Shown here in pieces: positions 40,504-52,472 of a DNA stretch of 64,000 nt. The translations under genes and the position numbers were made by a program. Source of the stretch: Eledone cirrhosa (lineage: Eukaryota). Location of the stretch: NCBI GenBank assembly GCA_964016885.1, contig OZ024749.1, positions 53,134,001 through 53,198,000 on the forward strand, in the 5' to 3' direction. The notes below the pieces were generated by a model, which was not told where the DNA came from, did not search any database, and saw nothing but the letters and a program-made list of their open reading frames with translations. Position 1 is the stretch's first letter. The number at the start of each line of letters is the position of its first letter.

Positions 40504-42974
40504 CGGGATCAGTTATGATGGGTCTGCAATTTTGAGGCACCCTACTCTCGTCAACTTCTAGCTCTTTTATTCTGTTGTTACCTGTATGTATATAATGTAC
40601 ACTACAGGTATGTGTATATATATATACACCCACACCCACACACACACACACACACACACAGAGAGAGTGAGAGACAAATCATACATATTTAGCACTGATT
40701 GCTAAAAATTCCTAATGAGCCGTTTGAAATGGGGCCAACATTCACATCTAGCTTGGACCTATTATCAGCTTATTTTATCGACCCTTTAAGGATGAAAGGC
40801 AAAGCTAACCTAGGTGGGATTTGAACTCAGAACATAAGTGGCTGTAACTATCTCACAAAGCATGCTGTCCGACACTCTACCAATTCTTCTGCCAATCCAC
40901 CACTCTTTCTACTGGTCTCTGATTTAGGCACAAGGCCAACAATTTGGAGGAGGGTGGGGGAAAGTTGATTAAATTGACCCCATTACATTACTGGTACTTT
41001 ATATTATTGACCCTGTAAGGATGAAAGGCAAAGCTAATGTCAACAGGATTTGAACTCAGAACATAAAGGGTTGTAACTCTATGTTGCAAAGCATGGTGTC
41101 CGATGCTCTACCGGTTCTGCTGCCAAACCACCGTTCTTTCTAGTTAACCTCGGCGGGATTTGAACTCAGAATGGCAAGGGCCGTAACTCTGTGTCAAAGT
41201 ATGGTGTCCGACCCTATAATAATGATAATAATAATAGTGTTGTTATCAGAATATTTGTATGAATAAGGTAAACAGTAGAAATAGAATTGGTCAGGAGAAT
41301 ATAGAGAAAGACTTACTGCAACGGGATCAACTGCTACAATAAACGAACCAAACACTAGTAATTCAGACAATTTCATGGTAGGTATCCCTGTGGTGTTTGC
41401 TGCCATTGATAGTGCCCACAGTGAGAGAGCTCAAAAGTAGAATTTTAAGAAAGAAATACAATTAACTTCTTCTGTTTGAAATTAATTAGGGTAGTTAAAG
41501 TCAAAGACTAGCAAATAATATTTAAAGTATACAATTAATTTCTTACATTTTAAATCAATTGGGGTAGCTTATATCAAAGACTTGCAAATAATGTCTCAAA
41601 CATATAATTAGTTCCTTCCATCTGAAATTAATCAGGGTAGCTAATGTTAAAGACTAATAAATAATATCTTAATGTACAATTAATTGGGGTAGTTAAAGTC
41701 AAAGAGTAGCAAATAATATTTAACCCTTTAGCATTTAAACCGGCCACAATTATCTCACTTCTTTCTGTTGAAACCGGCCATAACTGGCTACTCATACTGA
41801 TATTAAGGTATTGTTCTCAAAATAAATATCTAAATCTCATAGATTCGATATTATGTGAGATAAAGTGTTTACCGTGAAAATACAATAGTAAATATAGAGT
41901 AATGTAAATACTAAAGGGCTAAAGTATACAATTAATTTCTTACATTTTAAAATCAATTGGGGTAGCTAATGTCAAAGACTTGCAAATAATGTCCCAAACA
42001 TATTAGTTCCTTCCATCTGAAATTAATCGGGGTAGCTAATGTTAAAGACTAACAAATAATATCTTAATGTACAATTAACTCCTTTCATGCAAAATTAATT
42101 GGGGTAGCTAATATCAAAGACTAGCAATAATATCTTAAAATATACAATTAATTTCTTTCATATAAAATTAGTTGGGGTAGCTAATGTCAAAGACTAAGAT
42201 ATAATGTCTCGAGCATGCAGTCTTTATCACCTTTAAGTAAATGTTATTTTACAAGTTTTACAAATATTATGATTAAAAGATTGTAAATGAAGAAGGTGAT
42301 GCTTAGGAAGACAATAATTATATTAGTCGCTCCAAAGATACACTAAAAGACCCTTCCATAAGATGCCACATGAAGAGGGACTGAAGTAGGACACATGTGG
42401 CTGTAAAACAAACTTATCAAACACATGGCTAGCTAGGTTTGTGTGAGTCAAGACACTTCCATAAGGTGCCACATGTTATGTGACTGAAACGGGACACATG
42501 TTATAAAGGACACTTCTTTAAACTCATGGCTAGCTAGGTTTGTGTGTGTCAAGACACTGACATAAGTGCCACATGTGATGTGACTGAAACGGGACACATG
42601 TTGTAAAGCTAGGTGTATGTGTATATATCAATGTTGAAACATTCTAAATCTTATAATTTCCCACATGAGAACAATTTATTGTAGCTCTTTTTAAGTAAAA
42701 GATTTTGACATTTGTTGTGAATCTAAATAAAATACTTACTGATGAGAATACAGTTAAGAAAGGTTCCCTGAAAATATAATTAAACAAAATTAATTTAGAA
42801 GAAGAAAAAAAAACTCATATGGTGCACCATAACGCATCAGAGTACTCAATATTTAGGGTAGTAGAGTGGGTAATAGAAAAAGAGTCAGGACCTCGACAGC
42901 TAGATCTGAATCTAGTTCGGATCTAGCTGTTGAAATGGCCGGAGCTCAGCTGTCGGGGTGCTGACTATTTTCCG

Positions 42975-43011
<37 letters not shown>

Positions 43012-46000
43012 TATTCACTTTCTACTCTACATGCACACATTAATCACTCTGTCTGTGTCCCCCCCCCCCCCCCTCTACCAATTACCATATTTCTACAGCT
43101 GAATTCTGAACATTCCACATTCCTCACTTTGTAACACTTCCCTCTTATTTCTATAAACAAACTTTATCTGCTTACAAACATCCATTTTCAAAACTAGACA
43201 TTGTATTTACAAAAGGTACATTCAATAAAAATAAAAAACCAGTCTATATATAAATGAAATTAAATTTTACATGCATTAATGAACACCACTTGCACATTTG
43301 AAAGCCGTGTGGTGGTGGTGGTGGTGAGTGTGGTGGTGGTGGTATGGTGTAGTGTAGTGGAGTTAGTTGTAGTGCACCTGAGCACTGTACACAATAATTT
43401 CATTATTATTATTATTGCCACACAATAAACTGAAAAACTATAAATTTCAACCTATTTAATTTCACTCTATTCATCATCATCATCATCATCATCATCAACG
43501 TTTAACATCCGTGTTCCACGCTTGCATGGGTTTGGATGGGGGTATTCCCACTTGAGGCAAGAGTGATTGTCTTGCTCGCATAGGACTGTCTGGCAGGTTT
43601 TCTACAGTTGGATGCCCTTCCTAACACCAACCACATTTACAGTGTGGGTCTGGGAGGTTTTTACCGTGTTGCCTACACGGCCACATTACAGCGTGGACTG
43701 TGTGTTTTTTTGTCGTGACACCTACACGATCTCATTTGTTTCGGCCTGGATGGTGTGGCACCAACATAACTTTACATAGGAAGGGGTGGTGTGGATGGGG
43801 TGGGGGTGGTGGGACGGGGGTGTATTTTGTTAGAGATGCCTACTGGCTGTAGTAGGTTTTACTATGTATTTAGGTAAGGCGGGTCTTCTCTATTACTGAG
43901 TACCGCCAAAGGTCTCGGTCCAGTGACATTGTCTTGGAGAGGTGTAAGTGTGTGAGGTCGGAGTTTATCAGCTCGTCCCAGGTTTTTCTAGGTCTGCCTA
44001 TTTCGTGGCTACCGTCTATCTTTATTGCCCTGCACTTTGTTATACAGCTATCGACTTTCATGTGCATCACGTGTCCATGCCAACGTAGCCTTCTCTCGAG
44101 TAAACAACATCTGATCCCTCTTATTTCTAATTTTTTCCTTAGTTCGTTTATGCTTTGCCGTTCACGTATATTACTATTACACATCCAGCGGAGCATGCAA
44201 GCTTCGTTCCTCTCTAGTCTGCGTATATCCTCTGCACACACTGCCCAGGTCTCACTGCCATGCAACATTGCTGTTCGTATGCAGGCATCATACAACCTGC
44301 CTTTCATTTTTAGGGAGAACCCTTTAGCGGCTAATAGTGGTATAAGCTCTCTGAACTTTTTCCATCCAGTTCTGACTCTAGCTACAGTACTTTCAGAGCA
44401 CCCTCCCCCACTGCTGATTTTGTCACCCAGGTAACGGAAGCTGTCCACTATTTCTATAGAGCCCTCTGCGCAGTTGTAAGAGCTAGTATTTTGTGGGCAC
44501 TTGCTGCTACTTATTGCACCAGAGCACCGCCCACATGTAAAATCTATGTTCTTAGTTAGCTTACCTGTGATCCCACTACATCTTTTATGCACCCATACTT
44601 TGCATTTGGGACATAAAATGGAGTTTCTACCTACGCCTTTCCTACACACTGAGCATGGCCATTTCCCGGAAGGGACCGCCGCCTTATTTTCTTTCCTACA
44701 AACTAGAACTTTAGTCTTAGCCAGGTTAATTTTAAGGCCTTTTGATTCTAGGCCGTGCTTCCATGTTTGGAATTTCTTCTCTAGCTCGGCCATTGATTCA
44801 GCTATGAGTGTCAGGTCGTCTGCATATAGGAGTTCCCATGGGCAGCCGGTCTTGAACTCCTCTGTTATAGCCTGAAGGGCAATAATAAATAGTAGGGGGC
44901 TGAGAACAGAGCCCTGATGGACGCCAACTTTTACGCTAAACTCTTCACTATATTCGTTGTTAATTCTAACCTTGCTGACTGTTTCTTTATACATGGCTTG
45001 TATAGCTCTCACAAGCCATTCGTCGACACCTAGTTTTCTAAGGGCCCACCAGATAATGGAACGGGGGACTCTGTCGAAGGCTTTCTCCAAGTCGACAAAA
45101 GCTAAGTAGAGGGGTTTACCTTTAGCTAGGTACTTCTCCTGTAGTTAACGTACAATGAAAAGATCGTCTGTGGTACTTTTGCCTGACACAAACCCGAACT
45201 GCATTTCATCTAGGTCAATTCTCTCTCTGATTAGTTGCGCTATTACTTTTTCCGTGACCTTCATGACCTGGTCGATTAATTTAATGCCTCTATAGTTACT
45301 CCTATCTAGGGCATCTCCTTTACCCTTATAACAGTTAACGATGATGCTGCTATGCCAGTCCTTCGGAACAACCCCATTCTGTATGACTTGGTTAACTATC
45401 CGGGTGACCATGGTGTGTCCCACCGTGCCAGATGCCTTCAGCATCTCAGCAACTATTTCCGAAGGCCCAGCTGCCTTACTCGTCTTCATATCCTTGATTG
45501 CCTTACTTATTATACTACCCTCGACTAACACTGCTCTATTGGGTCGATGTGGGGAGACTGTCTTTCTCCCATTTATTCTCCTCATTTAGTAGCCTTTCAT
45601 AGTGACACTTCCAAGCTACCTTCTTATCAGCGTCGGTGATGGCAAGTACGCCGTCATCATTAAGTACACACTTCTCCCCGACAATATCACGGTTTTCCTT
45701 GACACATTGCCTAGCAATCCTGAACACCTCACGTTTTTGGTCCTCGCGTTGTAAAACATGCTTGAACTTTCTTTCCTCTGCTTCCCTTCTTGCGAAGTAC
45801 ACTTGTCTCCTAGCTTCCCTCCTGGCCACTTGATAGTCTTCTCTACTTCCCCCATCCCGCCATACTTTCCAAGCCTGCTTTTTGGCCTTAATTGACCCCT
45901 CCACCTTACTGTTCCACCACCATGTTACTCTCCTCCTGCCAACAGGCCTGTTCCAGCCACAGACTTCGTCTGTCGCCATCAGCAGGTTTGCTTTCAGAAA

Positions 46001-49000
46001 TTCCCACTGTCCCTCTATATTGTCCGACTCTAAATGCTCTTCCTTACTGTCGAAAGCATCAAGTAATATGCTTTGAAATTTATTTCTGGCTGTGGGGTCC
46101 TTTAGCTTCCATATTTTTCTCCTGAGGATAGTCCTCTTCTGCTGTCGAGTACGTCTCGTCCTGACTATGAGGTCGCTAATTATCAGTCTATGTTGGGAGG
46201 TGCATTCTTCATGGGGGAGGGATTTAGTGTTTACAACAGACACTCTGTCACGTCTTCTGGTAAGGATATAATCTACCTGGCTTGTGTGTTCCCCGGATCT
46301 ATAGGTGATCAGGTGATTGTCACGTTTTTTGAAGTTAGTGTTACAGATAGTTTGGTTATTTGCGTCACAGAATTCCCGGATTCTGGAGCCTTCCTCATTT
46401 CTAGTACCAAACCCATAGCCTCCATGGATTTCGTCGTAGCCGTCACAATGTTGTCCAACGTGACCATTTAGGTCGCCTGCAATAATTATATAGTCACTGT
46501 CAGTTATTTGGGAGGTAGTGAACATCAGTGTCTCATAGAATCTGTCTTTTATAGTGTCGGGCAGTCCAGATTGGGGTGCGTACGCAGATATTACTGTCAC
46601 CGTAGTTCTATTGAGGACAAGTCTTATTTTAATTATTCTGTCGTTCACTCTATTTACGTCTATTATCTTATCTGCCCACTTTTCTGCTACCATGATTCCT
46701 ACTCCACCCAGCCCATCGTCGTTTCCTACCCAGAAAAGCTTATAACATCGTTTTTTACCCTCAATGAATCTAGCAGACCCACCCCTCCACCTGGTCTCTT
46801 GAATACAACAAACATCGACCTCCTTACGTTCAAGCATTTCTACAACCTCGTTAGCGCGACCCTTTAAGGTGCCTACATTTATGGTACCAACTCTGAAGTT
46901 TGGGATTGCGTTTGGAGGGTGGGGGCGGTGGGGGGCGGGGGGAGATGGGGTTATGTTAGCCGTCCGCGGTCGAAACAAAGAGGAGTGCTCGCATTCTTGT
47001 CCACGAGATGAATTTGTCTTTATCTTTGGCATTGTCGCTGAGCGTCCAGATTTTTCTCTCTCTTCCACTCTCCAGGATTCCGTAGTCCATCCATCCATCA
47101 TATATCGAAAGGCAACCAGGCAAGCGATAGTATAGGCCTCTGGCTTATGATTGGTCCGCGTAATAATAATGGTGATGCGTGGGGGCTGGAGGGAGGGGTG
47201 TTGGGTAGCTAGCTAGAAGGTAATGATTGAATGAGGTCCTCGTATTTAACAAGCGATTAACAAAAATACAAGATTTGTTCTGTTCAATACGACAAAAACT
47301 CTCGTATTTAACAAGTAATAACAAAAAATACAGATTTGTTTTAGGAATACGGCCGCTACATTTAGGGTTTGGCAAGATTGGATGTTTGGACTGGATACGA
47401 AATGGAAGTGTGGAGATGATAGAAAAATGTGTACATTACGTTACATGATATACCGTGGAAGGAACAGCGATGAATTTGGCGAAAGTGATTTACTTGAAGG
47501 GGTTTATCTTCATTATAATATTTTATTACATTTGTATATAGTTCAAATCCCGCTGAGGTTGACTTTGCCTTTCATCCTTACGGGGTCGATAAAATAAAGT
47601 ACCAGTAATACACTGGGTAATTGCTGGCCTTGTGCCAAAAGTAGAAACAATTATATTTTTCTCATTACAAAACTACAGACTCACTCTTTCATACACCACA
47701 TTAATGGTAATGGGGCTGTACCACACGGAGAGGCTGTAAAAGCATTAATTGTCCTTGATACAAAACTAGGGACACACTTTTTCCATAAACCACATTAACC
47801 TGTTAACTACCACATGTCAAATAATCTGTTACTGTCAAATAAATAATCAAAATAAAAACACATCTCCCGATATAAAGACCTCACTGTACCCCCACCCCTC
47901 CTCCTCACATGTTCAAGCCTTTCCTACATCAACCACTTTACAGTTTACAGCTAATTTATATTGAAACAAGGACTTGTCCCTTTTATTAAAGTTCAGATAA
48001 CCTGTAATAATTTTATATAAGGACCTTAAGTTATGTTCCAAGTATCACCATAAATAATGTGGAAGTTAGCTTATATAATTAATAATAATAATAATGAAAT
48101 TATTGTGTACAGTGCTCAGGTGCACTACAACTCATCAAAGGTGCATGTATCGTACATAGAATAATGTACAAATGTCAGGGAAGTGAATAGTGTACAAGTC
48201 ATGATATACATGTGTGCGTGTGTATGGAGGGGGAGTATTAGGTGTAGTGTTGGCGAATCTCAGGAAGCATGGAGGTTTTAAAGGATGCAGTGTCTCGACA
48301 GCTAACAACTGATACAGGTAGTTTGTTTCATGGAGGTTTTAAAGGATGCAGTGTCTCGGCAGCTAACAATTGATGCAGGTAGTTTGTTCCATGGAGGTTT
48401 TAAAGGATGCAGTGTCCCGACAGCTAACAACTCATGCAGGTAGTTTGTTCCATGGAGGTTTTAAAGGATGTAGTGTCCCGACAGCTAACAACTGATGCAG
48501 GTAGTTTGTTCCATGGAGGTTTTAAAGGATGCAGTGTCTCGACAGCTAACAACTGATGCAGGTAGTTTGTTCCATGGAGGTTTTAAAGGATGCACTGCCC
48601 CGACAGCTAACAACTGATGCAGGTAGTTTGTTCCATGGAGGTTTTAAAGGATGCACTGTCCCGACAGCTAACAACTGATGCAAGTAGTTTGTTCCATGGA
48701 GGTTTTAAAGGATGTAGTGTCCCGACAGCTAACAACTGATGCAGGTAGTTTGTTCCATGGAGGTTTTAAAGGATGCAGTGTCTTGACAGCTGACAACTGA
48801 TGCAGGTAGTTTGTTCCATGCTTCAACAACTCTGAGCGTGAAAAAATGTTTCTGAATGTCATGGGAGCTGTGCTGTTTTCTGACTTTGTAGGCATGTCCA
48901 CGTATGTTAGACACATGGAAATCAAAAAGGGTACTCAGGGTTGTTGTTGGCAAGATGGTTAATAATTTTGTGGGTGTTTACCAAGTCAGTTGCCAGATGG

Positions 49001-52000
49001 AGCTTCAATGTATCCATGCCCAGGGAAACAAGGCGTTCAGAGTGAAAATATGTTTCCGAAAGTCATGGGAGCAGTGCTATTTTCTGACTTTGTTGGCATG
49101 CCCACGGGTGTTAGACACATGTTTTATTATTTTCCAAATTATTTGAGAACAAAGGCCAGTGTCTTTTATTAAAAATGTTCTAATGAAAGATTGATAGCAT
49201 TACTTACAATAACTGCATAGATTAGAACACTTCCAATGTTATCATAAAATATACTGTCATTCAGGCTGTAGGCTGCTTCCAAGATAATTCTGAAACAGAA
49301 AAGACACACAGTAAGAAGACATTAGAGACACTGAATTAAAAGGATGTATAAATATATTTCACTGGCATTAAGAATGAAACTAATTAATGAAACTAATATA
49401 TATATGATGATGATATATATATATATATATATATATTTATTTATTAAGTTAGAGAAGATCCCGTTAAGGGTGAAAGCAGCGATTCTTTGCTTAAACTTTA
49501 ATCTGTTATTTTAATAGATATTTGCTCTAGGGTTCTTATATATTTGGTATATATTTAGCCTTATTTAAAAAAAAAAAAAAGTACTGTAGCTGCAAGTCCC
49601 CCTCAACCCCCAACAAGTTTCTGATTTATAAAAGTAATTTTTGTTTTCTTAAACATTTTTATTTTTAAAAATATATTTTTTAAATTTATTTTTTGTAGAT
49701 CCTGAATATCTGATTTTCCAATCATAGAATTCTAAAAACCATTTATAAATTGACATAATAATAATAGAAATAACAACACATAACAACACATGCTAAAACA
49801 ACTAATTACCAAAGTTCCTACTTAGAGAGATATACATGATTTAGTGAACAGTTAAGTGTTTGTTAGACAAAACTAAGTAGCAACACTAATGATGGTATAA
49901 AGTTTTATTTCTGGTATTAATCCTAATTGAGACAAAACTGCCTGAAACCAGCTTAGAGAACAGGGCACAGGTGGTGGGTAATGATACGGTCACCAGATAT
50001 GATGGCTAGCTGTGATATAAGTGGGCCCTGTTGAATGAATAAGAAACCACAGACTAACAGTAGTCAACTACTATACTAGGAGAGATGGAGCAATGTGAGA
50101 CACCTTTCGTTCCCTAGAAAACTCTCACAACCCAGTGATGTAGCTACGACAAAGAGAGTAAAGGTTGTGTGTAATCAAAGCCTAGTCTTTGTGGGTCTGA
50201 GAAAACTACCAGATTGGTGACTGGTGTGAATAAGACCACCAAAATTCATTGTAATGGTGAGACACATCGTAAAAAAACTCTCCATCTTTAACCCTTTAGC
50301 ATTTAAACCAGTCATATCTGGCCAGAATACACTCCCTTCTTTCAGTTCAAACCAGCTGTAACTGACCACTCATACTGATGTTAAGGTATTTTTCTCAAAA
50401 TATATAATATCAAAATCTCATAGATTCAATGTTTTGTGAGATATTATGTAAGGTAAAGCTACTACTGCGAACATACAATAGTAAATATAGAGTAATGTAA
50501 ATGTTATGTGAACTATTATGTAAGGTAAAGCTACTACTGCGAACATACAATAGTAAATATAGAGTAATGTAAATGTTATGTGAGATATTATGTAAGGTAA
50601 AGCTACTACTGCGAACATACAATAGTAAATATAGAGTAATGTAAATGCTAAAGGGTCAAATATTTATGTTTATATAAAAACCTTTCATCAACATTTTTTA
50701 AATAGAAATTTTTATTAAGCAATGTTACAAAACATTAGCTTTCTTATTATGGATTGGCAGTGTCGAGAGAGGGTTCGACGCCATGCTTTGCAGCATAGAG
50801 TTACGGCCCTTTATGATGTGAGTTCAAATCCCACCAAGGTTAATTCTACCTTTCATCCTTATGAGGTTGATAAAATAAAGTACTAATCATGGACTGGGGT
50901 CGATTTAATTGACTTTCCCCTCCCAAAAAATTGCTGGCCTTGTGTCTATATAAGAAACTATTATTTCTAACAAAGGCACAAGGCCAGCAATTTGAGGGGA
51001 AAGTCGATTATATCAACCCCAGTACATCACTGGTACTTTACTTTATCAACCCCAGAAGGATGAAAGGCAAAGTTGACCATGGCAAGATTTGAACTTAGAA
51101 TACAGAAAGTCATAACTAAATATCACAAAGCATTTTTTTCTGATGCTCTACTGCTTCTGCCAATCACCCCCCCCCCCCCCGACTTTTCCTATCAGCTTAC
51201 TGATGAAAAGGTTAATTATTTTAACCTGAGGATCTGGGGATCTCGCAGGCCAAGCACAATGAGCAAGGTGTTGTTGAGGACTCGCCATTCTGAGGGTAAA
51301 CAAACAACTGAATGTTGCTGGAGGAACGACGTGACTACAGCACCCCTTGTGGCAGCCATTCAAAACTTAGAAAACTCCTCTTTTAAATGGTCACTGACTC
51401 ATTCCAGAACGATGCTTCACAACTGAAGCAATGCATCATGAAATCAGTTCATTCTCTTTGAATAACCCTGTATTCCTCCAAATTTGTGTTGTGATTTTAC
51501 AGAATCATTGAAACACATTGGTAGAACATTTTATTAGAAATACAGCAACGAAAGAATAAAAAGATAAGAGAGAAACTTAGACTAGAATTAAAGTTGGTTT
51601 ACTTACGGTGGCAGAAGATAGAGAAAGAAATCATGTGGCATGAAGAATTTGGGAAACTCTGCAGAATATCCAGACACACTGTAAAAGACCAAAATATATA
51701 TAGCATTCCATTATATTTCAATTCAATCCAGGGCCTTCTCACTCTTGTTTTTGGCAGGGTTTTTCTGGCTGGACATCCATCCTATCACCAACCACTTTAC
51801 AGAGTGGACTGGGTGCACCATTTGTACCACCAGCACTAGAGAGGTTGTTACTTTTTATTTGGAGTGTCTACTTTCCTAGATGGATTGCCTTCACTATGGC
51901 ATACGGAACCTACATCCACACACACACACAATCAATCCCAGACCTCATTCATTTGCCAAGTGAGATGGATCAAATCAAACCAAGGAAACAATGTTTCCAT

Positions 52001-52436
52001 CAGTCTTTCCATTGCTGATACTATCTACCAGTTGCAATTCCTTGGCAGAAGGAGCAATGTAAAATAAAGTGTCTTGCTCAAGGACACAACGCATCAACTG
52101 GTCCGAGAATTGAACTCGCAACCTCACAACTGCGAATCCAACTCTCCAACCACTGAGCAACGCGCCTTCACTGAACATAGTAAGCTCATCTATAATGTGA
52201 AGACGCATGGCTTAGAGGTTAGAGCATTGGGCTTGCAATCGAAAGGTTGTGTGTTCAATTCTTGGACTGGGTGATGTGTTGTTTCCTTGCGCAAGACACT
52301 TTATTTCACGTTGCTCCAGTTTACTCAGCTGTAGAAATGAGATGATAGGGCCTGGGGTCCCTATCATTAAATTACCCAAGATACCTCCGAGATATACTTT
52401 GGAGGAGGCTGACTAAACCTGCATAGGTGTGAGCTG

Positions 52437-52472
<36 letters not shown>

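Noticed and set aside
47100-47400. HDV-like ribozyme in the RTE 5' UTR
   Set aside because: Some RTEs have one, but I could not build the nested double pseudoknot by eye.
51198-51235. CTGATGA followed by a hairpin (possible hammerhead)
   Set aside because: No GAAA box, stem III or stem I.
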